DNA of 63,968 nucleotides, filler included, from Choristocarpus tenellus KU-1152 (lineage: Eukaryota > Protista > Phaeophyceae): NCBI GenBank assembly GCA_964200185.2. It is 10 parts of 10 records of this genome, joined end to end, with 100 filler letters (N's around TTAATTAATTAA, not from the genome) between each part and the next. Parts side by side here need not be neighbours in the genome. Positions count along the whole stretch, not along the records: positions 50,146 to 61,356 come from CAXNAD020002447.1; positions 61,457 to 63,968 come from CAXNAD020027188.1; 8 more parts are not named here. One strand, given 5' to 3'. A model generated the notes under the pieces. The model did no database searches, was not told the origin of the DNA, and saw nothing but the letters and a program-made list of their open reading frames with translations. The position numbers were made by a program, and so were the translations under genes. Shown here piece after piece: positions 51,334 to 63,968 of the stretch; the stretch's first letter is position 1; each line of letters starts with the position of its first letter.

Positions 51334-54101
51334 TGTGCAATTTTCCTCTTTTGAGATTATTTGATTTGTCAGTAGTAAAGGCATGAAAGGTGTTGAGGCT
51401 CACAAAGTACTTCATTGTTGAACGTGATTACATGGTTGAAATTACAAAAGTGACCTTTGAGGAGTGTGTTCTCATTGTTTATTTTTTTTAAGTGTGCTTC
51501 CTAACTAAGTCAACGGTTATGTAAAAGTAGTTGAATGTGAAATAAATACCTAAACATAATCCCATACTCAATCTGGATGTACTATACATAATCCCATTAG
51601 TTACATCAGATGGACTCAATTCAACACAATAATCTCATATGCACAAAATTAGGTACACCTCACTATTGCCCTATTTTGCACACTCCCCATGAGAGTGCAG
51701 TTAATGAAAGAGTTGCTGGAACTCTCAAACCTAAAACATCGTATTGTGCGCACTCCCCATTCTGCTCACTACCCCATGAGAGTGGAAGTAAAAGACTTTA
51801 GATTGGTTCAACTCTCACACACATCACATTTATCTTGTCAATGCAGAAAAATAAACTGATTGCTTGAACTCGAACATACATCATCTAATCAACACATTGT
51901 CTACGAGTCTTGTACCTGCTTCTTTAGGTGTACCAACACAGTGATGTACAATCGTGTCCTATGGTGATCCCTCACTTAGTGTATGAGTAATAATTTGAAC
52001 CAACCCACTTTTGCTGTTTCTCTTGTTGACGTAGCACTCACTCCCCCAGCCTTGAAGCCTATAATAATTGAATGTCTTCTACATCCTCTCGTTGAGTAAA
52101 GTCCTTGCCACCAACCTGGCCTTGAACTGTTCTGTGATCCCCTCAGCTGTTGCCTTTATCTTAAATTCAGAATTAGTCTTGATTAGATTTCTTCCCTACG
52201 TCAAACCGCTCCCTCTATGAATGCTCCTTTCATCTATTGTTGCTCCATCTCCTCCATTGCCGCTTGCCATTCTCGTCTGTCGAGCCCTGTGAGTGCCTCT
52301 GATATAGAAGATGGTTCTTTGTTGGTCATGAGTAGATATTATTTACTTCCCAGACTTACAAGTCTTGTCCAGGCAGCCTTTTGCTGACAACCTTCCTCCC
52401 CAGGGTCCCTCTTATATGGAAGATGGTTTTTGATGGTCTGGAGTAGATATTATATACTTTCCCGACGTACAAATCTTGTACAGGCAGCCCTTTACTGGCA
52501 TACTCCCTGGTGCATTCTAATTTGATGTGACATGCCTTGTCCGTCCATTGAAATTATCCAATGGTTATAGCTGCTAGAATTGCACCTCGATTATCTCCAT
52601 ACCAAGTCGTGACCCCTTTGAAGTATATCTAGCTAATTCCTCCGCCTCTTTAGACGGTTTCGCTCTCCTCTGGCGACAAACGATATGAAGGTTTCCTTTA
52701 TCTCCACAGTTGTAGCATATTCCTTCGAAAGAACAAGGACCAATATGCTTGATCAGTCCACAGTTTAAACATATTCTGTTGGCCTTGATCTCATCTCTGG
52801 TAGAGGATCGATCTTGTTGTGATATGGTCCATACGTTGACCAGTTGTACCTTGGCCGCCTCCTCTGCTGACCTTCTGTGTTCTCTTCCATGAGTTTATGG
52901 TCCCAGCGGCTAGAGTGCTTCCAGGCTCCCCGCGGTTAGCTCCTCCTTTCCTTTCTGGTGGAGACTTAGTTACTGCTCCTGATAATGTGCTGCTCCCCTA
53001 GTGCCAGGTATAAAAATTGCTTTTCTCATTCCGTAAGCAAGAATCTCGGGGTATCCAATCGATGGGCATGCCCCCTTCAGGGATAAGTGTTGTGAGGACT
53101 GCTCCAGGTCCATAGGCAGATCCTTGTGGCTCAGGCTCAGGCTCAGGCTCAGGATCATGGCTCAGGCTCAGGCTAAGGCTCAGGATTGCACCTCCGGCTG
53201 CATTGCCTCGATTAACTCCGTCATCTTGTCCCAGGGTCCCACTGCTCAATATTCGGTATGGCATACCTGGTACCCAAAGTATTTCCCTTTACCTCCAGTT
53301 CTTGCTCATTATTGATTGTATCATAAACCAAGTCTCCTTAGCCTCCAGCTTCCCATTTGTGTCGAAGACGCAAGTCCATTTTGTTGGGATGACGATGAGG
53401 ATACCATTGACCGTTCCAACTTCCTGTAGCTTATATCGGGTCCTGTGATGAGCTGCACGGGATCTCGTCCTCCGCAAGTCCTCTGTTGAGCTGTATGGGG
53501 ATCTAGTCCTCCGCGCATCTTCCGTTGAGAGCTGCTGCATGGGGATCTCGTCCTCCGCGCATCCTTCATTGATTCCTCTTTCGTAGTTCCAGTACGATAT
53601 TCGTTCTTGTTCCGTTAGAGTCTCCGTGGGTTCAGGACGACGTGTTTTCGCCGCACAATGTCTCAAAGACCCTTTCGCTGGCATAAACCACCAGATGCGA
53701 TCTCCACGTTGTCCAAATCTCCACTGGTCGTTCTGGTGCTCCAGTCCAGTTTACCAACTTATTCATGTCATTCAGGCCCATCACATGCTCCTTTTCTCCA
53801 TACAGCTAATGCTCATAACCTGTGCAATTTACCTTGAGAGGTAATGCTATTTTTGAGTAGTAAAGACAAGAAGGTGTGGAGCCTCACACGGTTCCATATT
53901 GCTTAATATTAGAAGAGTGACCTTTGTGGGGTGTCTTCTCATTGCTAAGTCAACGGTCATGTCAAAGTAGTATAATGCGGAATAAATATCCATAAACAAT
54001 CCCATATATAACCCGGATGTACAATCTCATTAGTTATATCACATAGACTCAATAATGTCATACAAAATAAGGTACAGCTCACTATTGTCCTATTTTGCAC
54101 A
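51334..54101 (-). mobile_element. Copia family B element, internally deleted, with both LTRs and a TSD
   Basis: LTRs 53821-54101 and 51334-51682 (TG...CA). PBS GGTTATGAGC at 53820-53811, PPT TGGGGAG next to 51682, 5-bp TSD GAAGC on both sides. Decayed gag (EP repeats, Cys-knuckle) and RT (FKARLVAR). Confidence 0.92.
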
Positions 54102-55895
54102 GAAGCCAAATGGCAGACCCGGTACCCAGAGCACATCCTGGGGCACAATCGTGATCGGCGTGCCCGTCCCGTCAGTTGCCTTCAGGACCATCACGCTGGT
54201 TGCTCGTGCGTCCAGTGTACATTCGTTTCTAAAGGTGCAGGTGTCAGTGATAGCTGTTGCTACAGTGAGGTACTGCAGTCGGGGGGGGTTGTAAGGTACA
54301 CGTTTGCACCTGAATCGCACAGTAGGCTGATGGTCTTGGACAGATCTTGAGATGAGGACAGGAGCGCTGCCTCGACCATCCTGTTGTTGTACACGTTCTA
54401 CCGTACAGACATATTCATGGCCAGGAACGCCCGCGATCAGCCCTGGTAATCAGCCTTGCCGCCGCCTCCGCCACCGCTGCACGGGTTCCTGGTTGGTGGT
54501 CGTGGAAATTTGCCCGCCGCCCCAAGTCCGTGGGGGCGCTTAGCAGGTTTGCCAGCCAAGTACGAGTTGCACTCTTTCCATCTGTGGACAGCTGTGCAAA
54601 CACCTGTCACATGCTGTCTACGTGGGTCCCCTTCCATACCTGTAAAGCTCATAACCTGTCGAGTAGAGTTTTTACTTCATGTGGTATGAATGAATTTATT
54701 AGCGGTTTAGGTATCATCCCTCGAGGTGGGTAGGCCTCGTTATCTATTGCGCACGTCAGAAGACACGTTAGTACATATCTGTGTCAGTCGCACTACGTCA
54801 CTCGTTCTGCGTCACTGGTACCACATCAGTCGTTCTGCGTCAGCCACTTACACTAAGCAGCAACAAGAAATCAACCAATCGAGATTCGAACCTATTAATC
54901 TAAGCGCTCGGCAACAAATGATTGACAATTGATCCACTCAGTCAACATTTCTGTTTCAGGATACTGGTTACCAAACACATAAGAACCTATAGACTAAGAG
55001 CATATACTGCACACTTCCACTAGAGGCATTTGTCGTGTTGGTTGCTCCTCCACCTTTCTGCTACGATGGTGCCGCGTAACTCGTGTTACCAATCTATGGC
55101 TGACTGTCAGCCCATAGATGGCCTTCTCTCCCTTGATGGTACGGCTGACAGGAAGCTCCAACCAGACGTCCTCCTGCAGGTCTGCGTTGAGGTAGGCTTG
55201 TGTGAAGTCCAGGGCGTCGATGCTCCAACCTCTGTACGCTGCGAATTATATGATGCATCGTAGTGTGTCATACCCACCACTGGGCTGAAGGTTTCGAAGA
55301 AGTCCACACCTGCAGTTTGTGTAAACCCGCGGGCCACAAGTCGTGCCTTAAAGCATTCCACGGTCCCATCCACGGAGTGGTTGATTTTGAAAACGAATCG
55401 TGTCTCTGCCATAGCCCTGTCATTTCCTTCTCCATGGCCTCCAGCCACTGCTCTGAATCCGGCCCACTCAAGACCTCCTTGTTGTAGACGGCTCATCTGC
55501 ACCTTTTGCCACCTCCCCCATGAGACCCATAAGGCAGTACACGTCGTCATTGTTCTGCTGTATGAGGGTTGACCCGAAGTGGTTCATGTCCGTTTCCTCA
55601 TCCCCTTCCAGGTCGTACAGCTGGGATGTGTAGTCCATCTGCTGGTGCTGCTCCAGCCGGGAAGATGCCCGCTGTCCAGAGTGTGGGGCCAAGGCTTGTC
55701 CTCTGTCTGGGCTGCCCTACCTATACGCTGGCGTTGTCCGATCCTGGGAGAAATCTCTTGACTTTGATAGGGTGCTGAGCGCTTGCATCTTGAGCCCCAC
55801 GCCCAAGGTTTCCACCCGCTTTCCCAGTCGTGTGTGCCTCACTCCCTGTTGTGGAAGACTCCTCTTCACCATCGCCATCGATGTTCATGTCGTCG
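54102..55895 (-). mobile_element. Copia family A fragments: RT segment, internal LTR (54657-55013), PBS, gag end and protease
   Basis: RT FKARLVARGFTQ..GVDFFETFSPV. The LTR is preceded by a purine tract and followed by PBS GGTTATGAGC (54656-54647). Protease CDSGA...VLWVPGL is interrupted by family B. Confidence 0.9.
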
Positions 55896-58800
55896 ATGGA
55901 GGACGCAGCCGACTTCTTCAATCGCCTCGATCACGTCTGGACAGAGTACAAGCAGCTGGAGGCGGCTAAGAAGGATCACGCAAAGAAGGGGACTGATCAT
56001 CGGAATCAGGGACAGTATGTCACAGGTGTTTGCACAGCTTCTACAGCTCCAGACCATACTTACTACCAACTTCAAAACCCTATCATCTCCTCTTCATACA
56101 TTACCACGAAGGTCACGAGGGAAACGACTAGCCGCTTGGGGACTATGGCGCTCTACAAAGGTGCAGGAACACACACAGGGAGAAAGGGATCCTGGAACAG
56201 CCTCGGTTCGAACCAATGTTCTTTCTGCCACAAATCCAACCACATATTGAAATAATGCCACTCGTACTTGCCTGGCAAACCTCCTGCTAAGCTCTTCCTC
56301 AGGCTTGTGGCACCACGCAAATTTCTACTACCACCAATCCGAGAGCAGAGCAGCGGTGGCGGAGGCGGCGGCAAAGCTGATTGCCAGGGTTCATAAAGGG
56401 CGTTTCTGGCCATGAACATGTCCGTAGGGGAGGACGTGTACAACAACAGGATGGTCGAGGCACCTCTCCTGTCCTCATCTCAAGATCTGTCCAAGACCAT
56501 CAGCCTACTGTGCGACTCGGGTGCAAACGTGCACCTTAACCCCCCAACTGCAGGACCTCACTGTAGCAGCAACAGCTATCACCCGCACCTACACCTTTAG
56601 AAACAAAGGTACACTGGACGCACGAGCAACCGGCGAGATGGTCCTGCCGGCAACTGACGAGACGGGCACGCCGACCACGATTGTGCCCCAGGATATGCTC
56701 TGGGTACCGGGTCTGCCATGCAGGCTTCTCAGCACAGGCAGTGTGCGGCGCAAGGGAGGTGAGTTGATGGACTCAGGGATGAGGAGGAACTACACCCAGC
56801 CCAACAAGGGGGCAGCGAAGATCCATTTCGAGGAGAAGGGAGCCTTCCTGGGCCCAGTTTCACGTAAAAAACGGGAAGATGGGCCAGGCAACGGTCAATA
56901 CTAGCTACACCAATAAGCAGCAGTGCCTCTCTCTCTCCAACTGGCACAAGATCATGGCTCACCTCACCTCAACCCATTCGCGATCAAGCACCTGGAGAAC
57001 AAAGCCTCCTGGACATTGCAGATGCTACAGTCGCCTCGGAGCTCCACTGCCAGGTATATAAGGAGTGCAAGTCCGAGGCACTCAGTTACGCACTGGGTGG
57101 CCACAGTCCCAAGTTGGTTGGGGAGGTGGTGCACACAGACCTGGAGGGACCCTTCGACCTGGACATGACGGGCATAAAGTACTTTCAGGTATTCGTGGAC
57201 GAGGCCTGTCGGGAGAAGCGCGTGATGGGTCTGCGTACCAAGGACACCGCTACTACGCCACCGCCGCCTATATCGACGAGATGGCTCGAGAAGGGGGGTG
57301 GTGGTGAGGTGCATCAGCGGAGATGGTTCTGGCGAGTTTCGGAGAAGCATAAGGTTCCAGCGCATATTGACAAAGCGGGGTGTGAAATGGAGTGAGAATC
57401 CCCCGCTCACGCCCCAGAACAATGGGATTGCTGAGCGGGCAATCAAACAGGTGATGCAAGCGGTGCGCAGTCAGCTCATCCTGGCTGGACTGGGGAAGGA
57501 GTTGTGATTTTTCGCGGTGGCAGACGCCACACACAAGACCACAGGCATGCCACACGAGTACCTGGGCGGTGAGACACCATGCGAGCGCCTGACCAGCAAG
57601 CTATTCAACTAGAATCGGCTCCGTGTTTTCGGGAAAGAGCACTTCGTGCATCAGACCAAGCAACAGCGCAGAGCCAACGCCTAGTTCCACCCATACGCAA
57701 CGGACGAGATCCTCCTCGGGCACGACAGGGCGCCACTGTGCTGACACGTGTGGATCCTGCAGGAAGGTAAGTTGGTGACCTCCCACACAAGTCAAGCTCA
57801 AACCTGAAGCCAAACTGCTGGAACTGGTGAGGAGTCAGAGCACGACGACGACATGAACATCGATGGCGAAGGTGAAGAGGAGTCTTCCACAACAGGGAGT
57901 GAGGCACACACGACTGGGAAAGCGAGTGGAAACATTGGGTGTGGGGCTCAAGATGCAAAGCGCTCAACACCCCATCAAAGTCAAGAGATTTCTCCCAGGA
58001 TCGGACAACGCCAGCGCATGGATAGGGCAGCCCAGACAGAGGACAAGCGTTTGGCCCCACACTTTGGACAGCGGGCATCTTCCCGGCTGGAGCAGCGCCA
58101 GCAGGTGGACTACACATCCCAGCTGTACGACCTGAAAGGGGATGAGGAAATGGACAAGAACCACTTCGTGTCAACCCTCATACAGCAGAACAATGACGAC
58201 GTGTACTGCCTTATGGGTCTCATGGGGGAGGTTGCAAAAGGTGCAGATGAGCCGTCTACAACAAAGGTCTTGAGTGGGTCGGATGCAGAGCAGTGGCTGG
58301 AGGCCATGGAGAAGGAAATAAGAGGGCTATGGCAGAAGGGGACGTTTGGTGACAAGGCCCTGTCCCAAGGGAGGAAGGCGATCAAGACACGATTCGTTTT
58401 CAAAATCAACCACTCCGTGGATGGGACAGTGGAATGCTTTAAGGCACGACTTGTGGCCCGCAGGTTAACGCGAAACGCAGGTGTGGACTTCTTCGAAACC
58501 TTCAATGGGGTATGACACACTACGATGCATCATATCATTCGCAGCGTACAGAGGTTGGAGCATTGACGCCCTGGACTTCACACAAGCCTACCTCAACGCA
58601 GACCTGCAGGAGGACGTCTGGCTGGATCTTCCTCACGGCCGCACCATCAAGGCAGAGAAGGCCATCTATGGGCTGAAACAGTCAGCCATAGATTGGTATC
58701 ACGAGCTACGCAGCGCCATTTTAGCAGAAGGGTGGAGGAGCAGCCAACATGACGAGTGCCTCCACTTCAGGAAGAGTGAAGACGGACGCATTGCCATCCT

Positions 58801-60146
58801 CACCACCTATGTGGACGACACTGCCACCACTGGGGGACTTCATGGAGGAGATCCAGAGGATGAGGGCATCGCTGCTGGAGAAGTACGAGGGGCGGGATCT
58901 TGGCACCCCGGACAAGCTGATTGGGGTGGGCATCACTGTGGGTGTGGACGGCATCACCCTGGACCAACAATTATACGCTGAAAGCATTGTCATGGCCGGG
59001 ATGGGTTCCACGGAAGTGGGGAAAACATCCACATCACTGTACTCCGGGATGGACCTCTCTGCCAGGCACGACAATGAAGACGAACTGAATCCCACCATCG
59101 ACCCCTATGCCAGCATCCTCGGCCAACTCATGTTGCTAGAGCAGGCATGACTCGACCGGATCTGGTCAACAGCGTTCGTTAACTGGGGCGCAGGGCGGCG
59201 TCTCCATGCATGCGGCACTGTCGCGGACTGTAACACGTTCTGCGCTACGTATCTGGGACACTGGACGTCTGCAATCACTATGTTCGGGGGACTAAAGATA
59301 TGAATGGAGGCGACGGAGAGCTCTTGGTGGGGTATGGGGATTGCAACTGGGGCACCGACTCCCAAACATGCTGGATTGGAACAGGTTACCTACTATTGTT
59401 CTACGGCTCGCCGATAGAACAAGGCGCGCGGTCACCCTCTCTAGCTCGGAAGCAGAGTGGACGGCAATGGCATGCCGCATGCGCCACTGCATTCTCCTTC
59501 GAAGCATTTTGGGGGAGATCGGTGTACTACAGGATTAGACTCCCTGGTTCTGTGACAACCGTGGTGCTATCGAGGTGAGCAGCATCACAGGTTTCAACGG
59601 GAGAACGAAGCATGTGGATATGAAGCTGAAGTGCACCAGAGAATACGTGGACCAAGGTCTATTCCACGTAGAATACGTTTCAACATCAAAACATCCAACC
59701 TACATTTTGACCAAGTCTTTATGCAAGAGCCTTACTTCAGAGTTTGTGCATTCCGTGCTTTCGCGTCGGGGGTGAGCGTTTGTCAGCCACTTTGCTGCAC
59801 GCTCTTTGGGGAGTGTGCAATATAGGCTGGTAGTCTATAGGTTTCTTACATGTTTGGTAACCAGTATTATGTAACAGGAGTAATGACTGAATGGCTTAAT
59901 TGTCAATTACTTGCTTCCATAAGCTTGTAGTAATAGGTTGGAATCTCGACGGGTTGATTTCATATTGCTTGACATAATTGGCTGAAACATGACGACTGAC
60001 GCCAAACGAGTGACATAGTACTAGTGACGCAGAACGAGTGGCGTGAGGCAGAGTACCCCCCTACCATTTGTGCTGACTCCACTAATATATTCATTCATAA
60101 CCACATAAAGCAAACATAACTCTATTCGAACAGCTCTTTTTGCACA
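55896..60146 (+). mobile_element. Copia family A element: partial gag, protease, integrase, RT, RNase H, PPT and 3' LTR (59814-60146); pseudogenised
   Basis: Motifs LLCDSGANVH, VHTDLEGP, NGIAERAIK, FKARLVAR, YGLKQS, YVDD, SSSEAEW and RTKHVD occur in Copia order. PPT TTTGGGGAG precedes TGTGCA. Multiple stops and frameshifts. Confidence 0.96.
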
Positions 60147-61150
60147 GAGATTTTACCCTCTTTCAGAACTCACCAGCACCATCCGCACTGATCCACCCAC
60201 CACTGTACAAAAAAGAGCTGTTAAATAGAGTTTTTGCTTTGCTTTATGTTGTATGAATGAATTTATTAGCAGAGTGAGCACCATCCTTTGAGGTGGGTGG
60301 GTTTTCTGCCACGTTATCTCTACTACGAACGTCAGCAGACACGGCAGAGCGTGTCTGTGTCAGTAGTAATACAGTCAATTGTTCTGCATCAGCAGTACTT
60401 CGTTACTCTTTTTGCGTCAGTCGTAGCTACGTCAGTCGTCTTGCATTAGCCACTTACATTAAAAAAATATGAGACCAACCCGTCGAGATACAAACCTGTT
60501 ACTCTGGGCGGAAACAAGTCTGACAATTAAGCCACTTTGCTAAAAATTTTATCACATGATACCTGTTACCAAACACATAAGAAACCTATAGACAGCCAGC
60601 CTATATTGCACAGTTTTGTATGTAGCATCTGCCACCGCAAAGAAGCACAACTCCTCCCCCAGTCCAGGCTGGATCCACTGGCTGTGCGCCGCTCGCATCA
60701 CCTGTTTGATGGCCCGCTCAGCAATCCCGTTGCTCTGGGGCACGCGTAAGAACTTTTCGCTCCTCCGAAACTCGCCAGCGCCATCCCCAATGATGCACCT
60801 CACCACCACCCCTTCTCGAGCCATCTCGTAGATATAGGCGGTGGTGGCTGCAGTAGCAGCGCCCTTGGTACGTACCCATCACGCGCTTCTCCCGGCCGGC
60901 CTCGTCCACGAATACCTGAAATGTACTTCATGCCCATTACGTCCGGGTCGAAGGGTCCCTCCAGGTCTGTGTGCACCACCTCCCCAACCGTCTTGGGACT
61001 GTAGCCACCCCGTGTGTAACTGAGTGCCTCGGACTTGCTCTCCTTGCATACCTGGCAGTGGAGCTCCGAGGCGACTGTAGCATCTGCGATGTCCAGGAGG
61101 CCTCGCTTCTCCAAGTGCTTGATCGCGAATGGGTTGAGGTGAGCCATGAT
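60147..61150 (-). mobile_element. Inverted Copia family A LTR (60204-60612) between two integrase fragments
   Basis: The LTR is a reverse-complement homologue of 59814-60146. 60613-61150 encodes HLNPFAIKHL..C..C..VHTDLEGP. 60147-60203 resembles the ISGDGAGEF segment. Confidence 0.9.
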
Positions 61151-62132
61151 GTTGAAGAAATCAACCCGTCTGGATGTTCATGTGGACCCTATGGTTAGCC
61201 ATGTTTAGGACTCAATTGCCACTACAGGTTCTAGTATGGCCCACGTGCGCATTCCTTTTGTCCTTAGCTGCCTCCTGGACGGTGGGGTGGTCCAGGTTCA
61301 TGGCATGTCATACACCCTTGTGGATACAGCCTTGTGGATACACCCTTGTGGGAAACNNNNNNNNNNNNNNNNNNNNNNNNNNNNNNNNNNNNNNNNNNNN
61401 TTAATTAATTAANNNNNNNNNNNNNNNNNNNNNNNNNNNNNNNNNNNNNNNNNNNNGGTTTTCTTTTGTTTTTTTTTGCAAAAACAGTTGTCGTTTTTTT
61501 CCGTGGGGGTGCCCCCCCCCCCCCCCCCTTTTGAAAACATGTAGCGCAAATTACGTTTTTAATTCGAAGTAAAAGGACAGCGCAACCAGTAGTTGATGGC
61601 ATTTCATGTACTCAACTTATTTTATTATTTCTGTTGTTTTTTTTACTGCCGTGGAAAAAAAATTAATATATATGTATGTATATTTTTATCGATAATAAAA
61701 ATATACATTTTTGTACCACTTAGTAATACAACAGTTTTTTTTTTTAAGGATTACGTCAATAGAAGAACCTGTCTGATGACTGCACCGTAATTGATGACAA
61801 CCACTCTCTTAACTAATTTTCCGATACATTTATCATTATTATTATTAAGAATGATAAATTTTATATCCCCAGCACATTGTATAATTGCGGCACTCTCTGG
61901 TCCAATATCCAACGATCACAGTCACAAAAAATAAAATAAAATAAAGCACTTGTTCTCCCCCCCCCCCCTCCCCCTCCCCCTCCCCCTCCCGTCTTCTCCT
62001 CGTGTGCACTTTTTTCTTGTTCTTACTCCTTGTCAACGACCTGAAAATACACTATCAACTTCAACTTCAACTCCGTGATGTGCCAAAAAAAAAAACTCAA
62101 CAGAAGTCCACTATATCATTTCCCTCCTCCAG

Positions 62133-63143
62133 GCTGTTCGCTGGGAATCAGGTGCGAGCAGTGCAAATATGTGTTCTTAATTTTCCTCCTACCTCGCCAG
62201 GACCTTTCTCGTTTATTATATTATTATTATGCACCTGCATGCAGGGCAGGGCACAGGTGTGTATGTGTGTGTGTATTTAGTACATATTTCTCCTGTTGTG
62301 AGAGAATGGAAGCGAGTGAGTAATGTGTCTCGGGACTGACACGCGCCTCCTCGAGGTATTGGAAACCCTCTTTGTAGCGTCGGTTGAGGGATTTTTTGTG
62401 TTGTTTTGTACAGATGGTCGGGGTGAGGATTGTGAGGCAGAGGCAAGAATATGAGGCCAACAAACCAGCTGTGGATTGGGTTTATTAGGTGAAGGGATTA
62501 TTATTATTATTGTATTGTTTGTGAAGTTGCTGGATTGAAATAGTTGACTGAGCTAGCTACTCAGTACAATGAAAGCGATGGTTGCAAAGTTCACTTTGGT
62601 CTCTTCTTTTTTTTCTTTTTCTTTTTTTTGGGGGGGGGAGGGGGAGAGAGATCTGCAGTGCAATCACCACTGCTGTTAAAATAAAATAAAGTAAAATATA
62701 GGTGTCAGTCAGCTATCGCTTCCCCTTGGTTGGCCTTCTTGGAAGTCTGTGTAGGTGTAGAGAGGATAAAATGTTAGGCAAAAGGTGGTGATTTATGTAT
62801 GTGTGTGTGTATGTTGATAGCAATCGTCACTACTGCTGTCTCCAGTGTCAAAGGGGGGCATGATTAAAAAATGCTCTCGATCAGGAAATGAGACAACCCT
62901 TCACTTGCATGATGCTTTGCATGTGTGCCCAATCACCCTCCTGCGAAAGTTTTTTGTGCTATTATTATTATTATTAGTTGTAGTAGTGCTAGTAGTAGTA
63001 GTATTTAGACATGCAGATGTGTGTATATGTGTGTGTGTGTGTTTGATACTCAAATAAAATCGTTGTCCCCCTGATACAAACAAAATAAAGGTAACATCGT
63101 TCCTTATTTTTACTTTTGTGCATGCGTTCATCTCCCCTTCAAA

Positions 63144-63179
<36 letters not shown>

Positions 63180-63414
63180 CTCTGCAGTTGACACCACATC
63201 CATCATCCCCTTCACTCACACACACATCCTTACATACTATACTCTACTATACTATATATATATCAGTCTCTTTATTTTGTCCCATGGTGGTTTGTCAGAC
63301 TTGTCAGTTGTGGATCAACCCCGCCGTTTACTTATCTTCTCAGCCGGAACGTGCCTATTTCTTTGACAAAGTCAGTGTGCAAATCACCGAGATAAGCATC
63401 GGCAAGAGGGAGAG
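62133..63414 (+). CDS. Putative small exons of an unidentified gene
   Basis: 62133-62151, 62414-62479 and 63344-63414 have strong CAG acceptors and splice in frame: LFAGNQ-MVGVRIVRQRQEYEANKPAVDW-PERAYFFDKVSVQITEISIGKRE. Family not recognised. Confidence 0.45.
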
Positions 63415-63968
63415 GTGAGTTGTTTCTCTCTGAAAAGGGCACATACAGTGGATTTTTAATTTTATTAAATACCAAAAATAATGATAATAACAGTAATAAG
63501 AAAAATATAGAAACATTCATTTCTTTTTTATTTCTTTTTTGGTGCTTCGGTAGTTTACCCTCCCCCGTTTCCCCCCCACCCCCTTCAACACCTGCTAGAT
63601 GTGTGAAGTGACATACATCCTTCGTGAAAGGAGTTCCCAATGCGTGCATGCTTGTTTTCTCGTGCGGTGGTCCTTTTCTTTTTGTTTGATCTCTCCCTGT
63701 CTTCATGGAAGTGCAGTCAACTTGTGATGATAAGAGATAAGAGATATATAGAGAGAGGTAGGTACGCGATTGCTTGTTGGGTCATTTTCTATGGTAAGCA
63801 TCAGGCAAGAGATGGATCTTGCTGATGTTTTTTTTTAATTTCATGAATTGTTGTGAAAAAACAAAAGAGAAAGACTGAGGCCTTGCATTGCAACAAAAAA
63901 GAATTACAAGAAACTTTTTTTTTTGCCAGTTTTTAGGGCTGAGGGTGGAGGGGGGGGGGGGGGGGGGG

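Noticed and set aside
56380-56410. Programmed gag-pol stop readthrough in Copia A
   Set aside because: The stop falls at a different codon in the second copy (near 54437), so random decay is more likely.
7239-61456. Recurring TTAATTAATTAA palindromes as a biological repeat, and gene neighbourhoods across them
   Set aside because: They always sit in an identical N44 context, so they are an artificial spacer. Many contigs end at G/C homopolymers, typical of short-read breaks, so OTUB1, PTAR1, FARSA and the others are not shown to be neighbours.
189-63825. Most short ORFs in the supplied track
   Set aside because: They are intronic, antisense or repeat-derived frames without motifs or splice support.

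Overview
Eukaryotic, intron-rich genomic DNA. It is most likely a stramenopile/brown-alga-like genome, inferred from the 5S rRNA fragment, TTAGGG repeats and multi-kb introns with GTGAG/GTGCG donors. The window is not continuous. It holds ten contigs joined by an artificial 100-bp spacer (N44-TTAATTAATTAA-N44), so adjacency across spacers is not biological. Almost all ORFs in the supplied track are spurious; the real genes appear only when exons are spliced by hand. Partial genes recognised: otubain deubiquitinase, PTAR1-like prenyltransferase-alpha repeat protein, phenylalanyl-tRNA synthetase alpha with an unusual N-terminal extension, a TMEM161-like last exon and three uncharacterised multi-exon genes. 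The rest is repeat-derived: three MITE families sharing one terminal motif and nesting into each other, a decayed FNIP-repeat array, a Gypsy element, a restriction-like-endonuclease non-LTR fragment and an 11-kb rearranged nest of two Copia families. Smaller items are a tRNA pseudogene, a truncated 5S rRNA gene, a possible Pol X relic and a 17-bp minisatellite made of splice-donor motifs. I found no complete novel multi-gene system. The best leads are the shared-terminus MITE group, the PheRS extension, the FNIP relic, the Copia rearrangements and the broken 5S gene.
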